Source: a virus
Lineage: Duplodnaviria; Caudoviricetes
IMG/VR virus record: IMGVR_UViG_3300017774_005035
Coordinates: 1 to 26,717 of that record
DNA: 26,717 nt
Direction: 5' to 3' (one strand)
The position numbers were made by a program, and so were the translations under genes. Shown here piece after piece: positions 7,002-15,961 of this stretch (position 1 is its first letter; the number at the start of each line of letters is the position of its first letter). A model generated the notes under the pieces. It worked only from the letters and a program-made list of their open reading frames with translations, made no database searches and was not told the DNA's origin.

Positions 7002-8090
7002 ATGATTGAAACTTTAAAAAGGTTAGGCTTACCTGAAAATGCAGCCTCATGGGATGGATGGATGTCCTCTACTGGTAAAAACAGTTTTATTTTAAAAGAA
7101 ACTTATGAAAGAAAATTTAATGTCCAAAGTAAAAAATGGATTCAAACTCTAGTATCTACAGAATTTATTCCAACTTCTGTGCCTTCTAGTCACCCTGCTA
7201 TCTTTCACGGTTTAAATTACTTATGTGACCAAGTAAATGCTTTTGGTTTGACACAAGTAAATGAAAACCAATATTCTATTGGCCCAATGTCTGCTACAAT
7301 TACAGTAGGACCTTATGCTGGTAAAACATATTGGTATATGGGTAAGACTATTACTAAAACAGGTGACACAGTAAAAAGAGAATATACTTCTATTTATATG
7401 AATGCAGAAAAAGACGGCAATCCTAGTGAAGGTATTGTTAATGTAACTGTAAATGAAGTAGTTAACTTTGTATCTAGCAAGGGAACAAGGCTTTCATCAT
7501 CTTCTTATAATAAAGTAAGAGAGTTTAGAAAAGGCCAACTAGAGGCTTTGACAGGCAAAACTTCAGAAGAACTTGCAGCGTATTGTTATGAAATATTCAC
7601 ACTGACTCCTAAAAACAATGATATTTATTTGACTAGTATTTCTACTGAGTTAGAAAAGATTGAAGAGAATGTTTATTGGCCTAATGTTTATTTAAACAGT
7701 AAAGATGATAATCTATTTAACTTTAGAGCTTTGATTCCTCACTGGGCTACTTCAACAAATGATTTTGTAGTTAGAATCTTTGGTTATGATGATAGAACAA
7801 ATGCTGATTTCCCTGGAGTAAATTACTCAGGAATGGGTAATGGAGGTAAGTTTATGGATTTACCATTTGAAAATGAAACAGTAAAGCCTGTAAGAGTAGA
7901 TTTTATTGACGGTAACTCAAGACCAGAAAATACTGAAGACGAACTTGTAATTTATTTTAATAGAGCTTCTGTTAGAAAAATTATTGGAATGGAAATAGAG
8001 TTCAAACCTCTTACTGGTAAAGGTAACTGGTGTAGATCTTATGTAGACATTAACACTGGAGAATTCTTTTTATCAGAAAGGAATTTTTAA
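7002..8090 (+). CDS. Hypothetical protein, 362 aa, beta-rich
   Basis: Long intact ORF in the operon; no motif recognised. Confidence 0.85.
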   Translation: MIETLKRLGLPENAASWDGWMSSTGKNSFILKETYERKFNVQSKKWIQTLVSTEFIPTSVPSSHPAIFHGLNYLCDQVNAFGLTQVNENQYSIGPMSATITVGPYAGKTYWYMGKTITKTGDTVKREYTSIYMNAEKDGNPSEGIVNVTVNEVVNFVSSKGTRLSSSSYNKVREFRKGQLEALTGKTSEELAAYCYEIFTLTPKNNDIYLTSISTELEKIEENVYWPNVYLNSKDDNLFNFRALIPHWATSTNDFVVRIFGYDDRTNADFPGVNYSGMGNGGKFMDLPFENETVKPVRVDFIDGNSRPENTEDELVIYFNRASVRKIIGMEIEFKPLTGKGNWCRSYVDINTGEFFLSERNF

Positions 8091-8119
8091 TTTTGCTTGA
8101 TTGAGTAAAAATAAAGATG

Positions 8120-8127
8120 TATATTTG
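8120..8127 (+). promoter_or_regulatory. -7 promoter box TATATTTG ahead of the packaging operon
   Basis: TAnnTTTG match with TTG elements about 17-25 nt upstream. Confidence 0.65.
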
Positions 8128-8200
8128 TATTGTAAACCAGATCCTATTTCCCCACTATTAATAATAGATTTAGAGATCTCGTAAGAACAAATAATTAGAA

Positions 8201-8232
8201 AGAGTGGGAGAGCAATCTCCCCTTTTTCTTTT
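8201..8232 (+). terminator. Intrinsic terminator-like hairpin in the leader of the packaging operon
   Basis: GGGAGA-GCAA-TCTCCC followed by CTTTTTCTTTT. Confidence 0.7.
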
Positions 8233-8245
8233 AACCAACAGGCAA

Positions 8246-8653
8246 ATGTATAAAACAATAAATATCAAAGTAGATGATGAATCTATTCATCTTTACTATC
8301 TAACAGTAATAAATTCTTTAATAGGAAGTAATAGTGAAAGTGGCTTTAAGCCAGATCCACTAACTACTAAAGAGTTAGAATTATATTCAGAAATATTAAA
8401 GATAAACCAAAAATTTATATCTTTGTCTCCAGAAGCTAGAGCAGAATACATTCATTCTAATACAGTTAGAAAATCAATTAGAACAAAACTTGATACTTCT
8501 GTAGCAAATTATAATAATGTATTGTCTAGACTATCTTCTAAAATAACATTAACTGGTCAAAAATTATATAATTTAGGAGCAGTACCAAAAGACTTTGAAA
8601 ACATACACAACTATGAAGGTATCCAGTACAGATTATTCAGAGAAAAAGTATAA
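8246..8653 (+). CDS. Helical, probably DNA-binding protein upstream of the HU/IHF-like gene
   Basis: ATG 8246 after leader box preferred to GTG 8204, which lies inside the hairpin; HTH-like VRKSIRTKLDTSVANYNNVLSRL. Confidence 0.7.
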   Translation: MYKTINIKVDDESIHLYYLTVINSLIGSNSESGFKPDPLTTKELELYSEILKINQKFISLSPEARAEYIHSNTVRKSIRTKLDTSVANYNNVLSRLSSKITLTGQKLYNLGAVPKDFENIHNYEGIQYRLFREKV

Positions 8654-8894
8654 AACTTATTATAATAAAAAACAACTTCAATTGTTTTCTGACATTGCTA
8701 AAAAGCATGGAGTAGATGAATCTAAAGTAAGACAGATTATGCTTGCTTATGGTAATTTTATAGAGAAAATAATGAAAGAAGGAGAAGAGTCAGTATTTGT
8801 GCCTAACTTTGGCAAGTTTATTTCAAAAAAAGATTATATTGCAAATCTAAATAGTAATAAAAAAGATACTGAAGAAAATGTTACTGAAGATTAA
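8613..8894 (+). CDS. HU/IHF-like DNA-binding protein
   Basis: LFSDIAKKHGVDESKVRQIMLAYGNFIEKIMKEGEESVFVPNFGKF matches the HU/IHF helices and (F)GKF strand; IHF-like genes are typical of crAss head modules. Confidence 0.75.
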   Translation: MKVSSTDYSEKKYKTYYNKKQLQLFSDIAKKHGVDESKVRQIMLAYGNFIEKIMKEGEESVFVPNFGKFISKKDYIANLNSNKKDTEENVTED

Positions 8895-9135
8895 AGACAT
8901 AGTATGGGAAAGTTTTAAAATTCCATTTAAAATGAATGACCTTGTTTGTGTATCTACTTCTGCTATGACAGATAGACCAATACTTGGAATAGTGGTTGAT
9001 ATACAATTAAATGTTAGAGGCAGGGTAATTCAATATCTTGTAAGTTATGAAAATCAAAAAAGCTGGTTCTATGAAGAAGAGTTATTGGAAGTACAACAAG
9101 ATAAAAATAATGATGCTAAAATAGGATTTAAATGA
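8878..9135 (+). CDS. Small hypothetical protein, SH3-like beta-barrel pattern
   Basis: FKMNDLVCV...GIVVDI...YLVSY...WFYEEEL; ATGA overlap with next gene. Confidence 0.7.
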   Translation: MLLKIKDIVWESFKIPFKMNDLVCVSTSAMTDRPILGIVVDIQLNVRGRVIQYLVSYENQKSWFYEEELLEVQQDKNNDAKIGFK

Positions 9136-9650
9136 TATTAGATTTTAATCAAAACTTTTGGAAAGCAAATCCATCTACTGAGGCAATAGAGTTCTTCTAT
9201 AAGCTTAAAAATGCAGATGAGAGTAAAGACAAACAAGAGACCTCTAAATTAATGTGGGCCTGTGCTCTTTGCTTGCATCCTAAATCTTTGATATATCCAA
9301 TACCTAGTAAATGGGAAGATGTAAAAAAGACAGTATTAAAAAATGAAAAGTTTAACTGGAATAGTAAAGAAAACAAAGAAATAGTAGAAAAATTTACTGA
9401 CTTATGTTTATCAGTACCAGAAAAAAGTTATCATTTTTGGTGTGAGTATATGGTAAAAAGAGAAGATTATTGCAATAGTATAAATTTTAAAACAGCGGAT
9501 TTAAAAGAAATAGATATGGTAGAAAAAATGAGATCTGGAACTCCTAAAGCTTTCCAAGAACTTGCCATTATCAAAGGACTCCTTAGAGATGAGGATAGTA
9601 AGAAAAAGAAACCTAAACCAACTTCTTCTTCAGATGAAGGGAGGTTATAA
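9132..9650 (+). CDS. Putative terminase small subunit (crAss-type)
   Basis: Helical 172-aa protein two genes upstream of TerL with basic C-terminal tail; call rests on synteny. Confidence 0.45.
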   Translation: MILDFNQNFWKANPSTEAIEFFYKLKNADESKDKQETSKLMWACALCLHPKSLIYPIPSKWEDVKKTVLKNEKFNWNSKENKEIVEKFTDLCLSVPEKSYHFWCEYMVKREDYCNSINFKTADLKEIDMVEKMRSGTPKAFQELAIIKGLLRDEDSKKKKPKPTSSSDEGRL

Positions 9651-9661
9651 TCAACAAACAA

Positions 9662-10105
9662 ATGTCAGAAGAAAAAAAATCAAGATTAGATGTATTAACT
9701 AGAAAAGCTAATGAAGCTGAAATAGTTATAATGGAATTATCTAGTTCATTGCTAGATATGAAAAATAGATATGAATATTTAATTGACTATTTACTTGATA
9801 GACAAGATATAAAGCAATTGAAAGAAGTGGACATGACTACTGAAGAAGTAGAAAAATATGTACATTTATTAGGATCTTATTTTATGAGTAAAGACACACT
9901 TTTGCCTACAAAAATTGAAAGTATTTTTAAAGGATGGATTCTAAATAAAGAACAATCTGATTTAGTTACAGGTAATCTTGTATATGACAATATAGAACTA
10001 GGATCAGTAACTGCTAAAGGTTTTACTAAAGAGGAAGTAAGTAACTCTCTTAGAGAATCTATAAAAGCATTAAAACCTAAAAGCATTATTATTACAGATA
10101 TTTAA
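9662..10105 (+). CDS. Hypothetical protein, 147 aa, N-terminal coiled coil
   Basis: Intact ORF, TAATG overlap with TerL. Confidence 0.8.
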   Translation: MSEEKKSRLDVLTRKANEAEIVIMELSSSLLDMKNRYEYLIDYLLDRQDIKQLKEVDMTTEEVEKYVHLLGSYFMSKDTLLPTKIESIFKGWILNKEQSDLVTGNLVYDNIELGSVTAKGFTKEEVSNSLRESIKALKPKSIIITDI

Positions 10106-12294
10106 TGATTAATAATTCTGAATTTCTTTTAAAATCTATTGAGGACATAAATCCTTTCTTAAATGAGTACGAGTATATTGATTACTGGAAAAGCATTAAA
10201 AGAAGGATTTTTGAAGGAGAAAGAATTGGCGGTAAATGGATGCCAGGCCCTTTGTGGTATGGCTGTAATTTTCATAAAATACCGTTAGAAGAAGATGAAG
10301 GAAATCAGTCTTATGGAAATGTATTTGTAAGAGATATTGATTGGCCTATTTACTATTATTATGAGGAAGCTAGAGGATTCTCTGGCTTCACTCATTCTAC
10401 TAAAAGCTCAAATAGGTTATTACTTGAAGGGTTAACTGATGAGGAATTAGTTGAAAAATGCTCCTTTAGAGGAATACTAAATAAAAAATTATATGATAAT
10501 TTATTCTTACCTACTGGACAAAGAAAAGAATACGTAAGCGCTAATGAGGAATTAAATAGAACTCAATCAGATTGTGGTAAAGCAGTGTACTATAATAGTG
10601 CAAAAAACTTTATGACAATGGGAAGTCGTGGTTGGGGTAAAACTGTAATAGCTAGTGTATTGTGTAACCACAATATTATAACTGATGGTATGACTGATTA
10701 TGACTTATACTTAGAAAATTTATCTGCTAAAAAAGTAATGAGATCTACTACATTAGTTAGTTCTCAAGAAACAAAATATGTAAGTCAAATCAAAGATTAT
10801 ATAAAAGCAGCATTAGAACAGTATCCTGGAATGTATGTTTATGGGGAACAATCTAAACCTTCTCCACTTGAAAAGGGTTACTTAGGTTCTTGGGATAAAA
10901 ATAATGAATCAGGTATAAAATTTAATTCAGGTTCTTCTTTAATATGGAGGGTGTTTGGAGATAATAGTTTTTCAGCTAACTCAGGAAGACCTAATTTATC
11001 TATTATAGATGAGTTTGCATTTGTAAGAAATATCAAAGATATTTTATCCTCTATTGAAGGGGCAGATGCTTCTAAAAGAAGGAAGAACAATGTAATTTGG
11101 ATGCAAGCTACTGGTGGTTATGCAAAGGGAGATACTGTTAGATATGCAGAAAGTTTGTACTATAATCCAGATGCATTTAATTTTATGTCATTTGAAGATG
11201 AGTGGGAAGGTAGAGGGAAAATAGGACATTTTACTTCTGTATTACAAGGATCTATGGCTTATAAAAAAGGAGAAAATTTAATAACAGATTTAGACCTTGC
11301 CTCAAAAACTGAACACAGAAAAAGAGCAGATAAAAAAGGAGACAGAGATGCATTACAAGGATATATAGTAAACCATCCTATAGTGCCTAGTGAATGTTTC
11401 CTTCTTGGCGATAATAACATATTTCCATCTACTGCTTTAAAAGAGCAGTATGCAGCTCTTATGGAAGGAGGAGTTAGTCATCATAAATTAGATTTAAGTT
11501 TTAAAGGTTATTTTAAGAAAAATGTAGAAGGCAATATTGAGTTTGAAATAACTAATGATAATCCTATTAGAGAGTACCCTCTTATAAATTCTAATGAATA
11601 CAAAAGAAAAGGCGTTTTTGAATTATTCCAAAAACCAATAACAGATGTAAATGGAGTAATAAAAAAAGGTAGATATATAGCTTCTGCTGACGTTGTGAGA
11701 AATGATGATCCTGGGCAATCAGAGTCCTTGCCCTCTTTATTTATTTTAGACAGGAATACTAGGCAAATAGTAGCTGAGTACACAGGTAGAACTAATAATA
11801 CTAAAGATTTTTATGAACAAGTGCTATACTCTCTTTTATACTATAATGCTACAATTATGTATGAGCAAAATATTAAAGACATGTTTACATATTTTGACCA
11901 GAGAAAATGTCTTCATTTACTAGCTGATACTCCTTATCAACTAAGGAATAAAGAAGCCCCATTTATAGAAAACATGAATACATCAAAAGGTATTAATAAT
12001 CAAGGTAGGGCTATTATTGAGGGAGGTTTAAAATACATAAATAGTTGGTTAATGGAAAGATCTTTTGTAGATAATAACAAATATCAAGTAGATCATATAG
12101 ATTCTCCTGCATTACTTCTTGAGTTAATTAAGTATAATGGTAACAATAACTGTGATAGGGTAAGTTCTTTAATAATGTTATTTTGGTATGACGAAACTAT
12201 GGAGCAAGATAGACTAAAAGAGAGTAAACAAAAGAGAGAAGATTTTACATCTGCTTACTTAAAATACGCACAAGATAGAAAAATGGTATCTTAA
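10105..12294 (+). CDS. terL: Terminase large subunit
   Basis: Walker A GSRGWGKT, Walker B LSIIDE, coupling motif ATGG, nuclease motifs YIASAD, MYEQN, NCDRVSS; 729 aa; directly upstream of portal. Confidence 0.92.
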   Translation: MINNSEFLLKSIEDINPFLNEYEYIDYWKSIKRRIFEGERIGGKWMPGPLWYGCNFHKIPLEEDEGNQSYGNVFVRDIDWPIYYYYEEARGFSGFTHSTKSSNRLLLEGLTDEELVEKCSFRGILNKKLYDNLFLPTGQRKEYVSANEELNRTQSDCGKAVYYNSAKNFMTMGSRGWGKTVIASVLCNHNIITDGMTDYDLYLENLSAKKVMRSTTLVSSQETKYVSQIKDYIKAALEQYPGMYVYGEQSKPSPLEKGYLGSWDKNNESGIKFNSGSSLIWRVFGDNSFSANSGRPNLSIIDEFAFVRNIKDILSSIEGADASKRRKNNVIWMQATGGYAKGDTVRYAESLYYNPDAFNFMSFEDEWEGRGKIGHFTSVLQGSMAYKKGENLITDLDLASKTEHRKRADKKGDRDALQGYIVNHPIVPSECFLLGDNNIFPSTALKEQYAALMEGGVSHHKLDLSFKGYFKKNVEGNIEFEITNDNPIREYPLINSNEYKRKGVFELFQKPITDVNGVIKKGRYIASADVVRNDDPGQSESLPSLFILDRNTRQIVAEYTGRTNNTKDFYEQVLYSLLYYNATIMYEQNIKDMFTYFDQRKCLHLLADTPYQLRNKEAPFIENMNTSKGINNQGRAIIEGGLKYINSWLMERSFVDNNKYQVDHIDSPALLLELIKYNGNNNCDRVSSLIMLFWYDETMEQDRLKESKQKREDFTSAYLKYAQDRKMVS

Positions 12295-12351
12295 AACGAA
12301 TGTAATTTAAAAAATTAATTTACTTTATTTTAATATTTAATTTTAAATCAC

Positions 12352-12359
12352 TAAATTTG
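12352..12359 (+). promoter_or_regulatory. -7 promoter box TAAATTTG, 5 nt before the portal ATG
   Basis: TAnnTTTG match in an AT-rich spacer. Confidence 0.5.
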
Positions 12360-12364
12360 TATTT

Positions 12365-14761
12365 ATGAGTGAACCTATCCAAAAGCTTTCTAAAAATAAA
12401 AAAACCAGGCAGTGGTATATAGATAATGTAGAAGCAGCTTGCAATATGACAAGGCAAGATTCTAATTTATTAAATACCTGGAGAAATCAAATAGAAAATC
12501 ATAATCTTTCTATTGGTATATTAGATGTTCACAAAGTTGGAAGAGAACTTGATTTTCAAAATCAGGGAATGTCTTCTTATCCAGTAAAACTAAAACATTT
12601 AGGTATAGGTAATGCTAAATTAAATGTATTACTAGGTGATTATTTTTCAAGACCATTAGATTTTAAATGCGTTATTTCTGCAAAAGACGAAGATTCTATT
12701 GGTAGAAAAGAAGACGATTTAATGAAGCAACTTATAAACAAAGTATCTATTGTTGTTAAAATGCAATATGATATGGGTAAAATTGACCAAGAGGCTTTGC
12801 AAGTGGAAATGGAAAAGATTAATCAATGGGCCACATACGATTATCAAGATATTGCTGAAATTACAGCAAATAAAATATTAAAGTATGAAATAATTAAAAA
12901 TGATATTAGATACACTCTTTCTATGGGATTTAAAGATCTTTTAGTTAGAGGTAAAGTAGCTTTTCTTATTGATGATTATAATGGAGATATAAAGTTAATT
13001 AAACTAGACCCAAACTCAGTAACTGCTTTAGGCGGTGGAACTAATTTTATACATGAGAAAGATAAAATTATTATTGAAGAATATAAATCAGTAGGCCAAA
13101 TATATGATGATTATTATGATGAGCTTAGTGAAGAAGATAGGAAAAAACTAGAAGACAGAGTAACTGCTGTAGATATACACTATGAAAGACCTAATGTCTT
13201 TAAAGGAGATATATTAACTACAGATACTTATGGAAATATCTTCCCTTTAAATGATTCTAGTAATGAGGAAATGAACAGATCTTCTGATATTTTCCCATTA
13301 GTACAAGGTGGAGGAGGGGTTTTGTTTAAGAAACCTTATAGTACAAATAATGGAGAATATTTAGTAACTACTGTGTTTTGGAAATCAAGAAGACTTATAT
13401 ATGAAGTTACAAGTTTAGATGAATTTGGTAACGAGCAAATAGACTTTTTGGGGGAAGCTTACTCACCAGATATTTTTAAAGGTGAAACTGTAAGAAAGTT
13501 TTGGGTAAATGAATGGTGTAGAGCTACTAAAATTGCAGAAGATATTTATGTAAGATTAGAGCCAGTAAAAGCAAGTGCTAAATCTTTGACTAATTTATCT
13601 ACTGGGATTCCTCCAGTAGTAGGAGTAGAAGTAGATTACTCTATGTTTGACAGTATAAAAGAACTCGATTTAGAGTATGATAAAGCATTTTGGAAAAGAA
13701 GTATGCTTATATCACAAATGCAAGGTTCTAAGACAGGTGTAAATGCATCTATGATTCCTAATGGATGGAAGCCTAATGAATGGCTTCACATGGCTAATAT
13801 AGATCAAATATTATTATTAGATCCTACTCAAGAAATTTTAAATGGCCCTATGGCTAATAAAATAGCTGCACAAGCTACTAATACTTTTGTTACCCAAGAA
13901 GTTAGATTGGGTGCAAATCATGAGCACATTCAAGCTTTAAGTGACTATATGATGAATATAGAATACACTATGGGTAAAATATGTGGGGTAAATGGGACTA
14001 GAGAGGGAGAGATTGGTGAAAGACAGGCGGTAAGAAATACTCAATTTGAAATTACACAATTTTCTAAAATTACCGAACACTGGTTTCAATTGTATGATCA
14101 ACTTACAAAGATTATATTAAAGAAGTATTTAGAAGTATGTAAAAAAGTTTATAAAGAGTATCCAGTAAAAGGCTCGTATATATTAAGTGATTTAGGACAA
14201 GAATTTGTTAAAACATATAGTGAATTTGCAGAATCTGAATTTGATTTACATACTAATAGACCAACAGAAGATAGAGAATTATTTGAAAAACTTAAAGCAG
14301 GTGTTGAACAAGCAATTGCACAAGGCAGTGCTCAACTTGAGGATCTTATTACTGTCAATAGTTCTGGAAGCATTCAAGCTATATCTCAGAAACTCAAAGC
14401 TAATAGAAATGCTACTATGAGAGAACAACAGCAAATAGAAAAACAAAGAGCAGAGCAAATGGAAAGAATGGAGCAATCTAGATTAAAAGAAGCACTAGAA
14501 GTAAGAGCACATGAAAAAGAAATGTTAAATATGGAGTTAGAAGCCCAATATTATAAAGTAGACAAAGATTTTGAAGCTAAGACAATGATAGGTAAAGGCC
14601 AAATAGATTTATCAAATGATAGAGAGTTAGATGTATCTGATATTGTTTTAAGAACAAGAGCACAGAATGAAATAGAAAGGTCAAATAAAGTCAAAGAGTC
14701 TTTAGCAAAAGAAAAAAATGATATTAGTAGAAAGAAAGCCAATACTACTTCAAAGAAATAA
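12365..14761 (+). CDS. Portal protein (crAss-type)
   Basis: 798 aa after TerL; PIQKLS..KK...W N-terminus, WVNEW, GVNGTREGEI and long C-terminal coiled coil as in crAss-like portals. Confidence 0.85.
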   Translation: MSEPIQKLSKNKKTRQWYIDNVEAACNMTRQDSNLLNTWRNQIENHNLSIGILDVHKVGRELDFQNQGMSSYPVKLKHLGIGNAKLNVLLGDYFSRPLDFKCVISAKDEDSIGRKEDDLMKQLINKVSIVVKMQYDMGKIDQEALQVEMEKINQWATYDYQDIAEITANKILKYEIIKNDIRYTLSMGFKDLLVRGKVAFLIDDYNGDIKLIKLDPNSVTALGGGTNFIHEKDKIIIEEYKSVGQIYDDYYDELSEEDRKKLEDRVTAVDIHYERPNVFKGDILTTDTYGNIFPLNDSSNEEMNRSSDIFPLVQGGGGVLFKKPYSTNNGEYLVTTVFWKSRRLIYEVTSLDEFGNEQIDFLGEAYSPDIFKGETVRKFWVNEWCRATKIAEDIYVRLEPVKASAKSLTNLSTGIPPVVGVEVDYSMFDSIKELDLEYDKAFWKRSMLISQMQGSKTGVNASMIPNGWKPNEWLHMANIDQILLLDPTQEILNGPMANKIAAQATNTFVTQEVRLGANHEHIQALSDYMMNIEYTMGKICGVNGTREGEIGERQAVRNTQFEITQFSKITEHWFQLYDQLTKIILKKYLEVCKKVYKEYPVKGSYILSDLGQEFVKTYSEFAESEFDLHTNRPTEDRELFEKLKAGVEQAIAQGSAQLEDLITVNSSGSIQAISQKLKANRNATMREQQQIEKQRAEQMERMEQSRLKEALEVRAHEKEMLNMELEAQYYKVDKDFEAKTMIGKGQIDLSNDRELDVSDIVLRTRAQNEIERSNKVKESLAKEKNDISRKKANTTSKK

Positions 14762-14831
14762 TTAACACGTTAAACGAAAATCCTTTACATTAAGGAATTA
14801 TATTATATAATATAATAACAGATTTTGTTAT

Positions 14832-14839
14832 TATATTTG
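14832..14839 (+). promoter_or_regulatory. -7 promoter box TATATTTG for the capsid operon
   Basis: TAnnTTTG match 33 nt upstream of ATG 14873. Confidence 0.65.
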
Positions 14840-14872
14840 TATTTGAAACTAACAACAAACACAATTTTAGTT

Positions 14873-15937
14873 ATGTCAATAGATTATTCTAAATTTCAAA
14901 TTGAAGAAGCTCCTGATTATTCAGCATTATTAAATAGTGCAACTAATCCAGAAACACCTGGAGAAGATGTAGATAATGATGGTGAGGGTAGTTCAGAAGA
15001 AGAGGATGCGGATGATGATACTTCTGTAGATCCTACTATTTATAAATCAGTATTAAACACTTTTGTTACTAGAGAAGGTATTGAATTGCCCGAAGACTTG
15101 GAAATTAAAAGTGCAATTGAGTTTGAAGAAAAACTTGAAGAACTAGTTATAAATAATAGGATAAAAAAGAAAGAAGAGGAAAGATATGCAAATGCTTCTC
15201 CAGAAGTAAAACTATTTTTAGATATTAGAGAGCATTTTGACAATGATACAAAAGCAATTTCTTTTGCTAGAACTAAATCTGCATTAGAAGGGTTTACCGA
15301 TGAACAGTTAGATGATGAAGAATTGCAAAAAACAATTTATTTAGATTATTTAACTAGTATAAAAAACATGACTCAAGAAGAAGCTGAAGAAGAAATTGAA
15401 GAAGCGGAAACTTTGGGAAAATTAAAAGACAAAGCTAGTACAGCAAAAGATAAGATAGTAAGCCATTTAGATCACCAAATAGATCAATTTAAAGCTATTA
15501 AAGCTAATAAAGAGAGAGACGAAGTAGCTAATACTACTAAGAAATTTGAATCCCTTATTGATGGCTTTAAATCAATTGAATCAGCAGGTGAATTAAAAAT
15601 AACAGATGAGCTAAAAAATAAGATGAAAGAAAATCTTACTAAAGTAGTTCATGTTGAAGGTAAAAAATCTTTTAATGATTTTTCCTTAAAGCAACACAAA
15701 TATTCAGACGAAATTACAATAGCAATAGAGTATTTTAATACTTTAGGACTATTTAATGTAGATAACAAAACTGGAAAATGGCATCCTGATTTTTCAAAAT
15801 TAAGTAAGTTATCTGCGAAAAATATAAAAAGCAAACTAGATGAAGTCATAGTTGATGCCCAAAGAACAGGGAAGGTAGGAGTTTCTGAACCTTTGAACAA
15901 CAAAGATCGTATAAAGAATCTAGGTTATAATGTTTAA
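14873..15937 (+). CDS. Acidic helical scaffold-like protein between portal and MCP
   Basis: D/E-rich N-terminus, coiled coils, position; ATG 14873 preferred to TTG 14825, which lies upstream of the promoter box. Confidence 0.7.
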   Translation: MSIDYSKFQIEEAPDYSALLNSATNPETPGEDVDNDGEGSSEEEDADDDTSVDPTIYKSVLNTFVTREGIELPEDLEIKSAIEFEEKLEELVINNRIKKKEEERYANASPEVKLFLDIREHFDNDTKAISFARTKSALEGFTDEQLDDEELQKTIYLDYLTSIKNMTQEEAEEEIEEAETLGKLKDKASTAKDKIVSHLDHQIDQFKAIKANKERDEVANTTKKFESLIDGFKSIESAGELKITDELKNKMKENLTKVVHVEGKKSFNDFSLKQHKYSDEITIAIEYFNTLGLFNVDNKTGKWHPDFSKLSKLSAKNIKSKLDEVIVDAQRTGKVGVSEPLNNKDRIKNLGYNV

Positions 15938-15961
15938 CAATTTAATAATTAATTTTTAACT

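Noticed and set aside
8140-8215. Twister or HDV-like ribozyme in the packaging-operon leader
   Set aside because: Partial resemblance only; the conserved pseudoknot nucleotides could not be placed by eye
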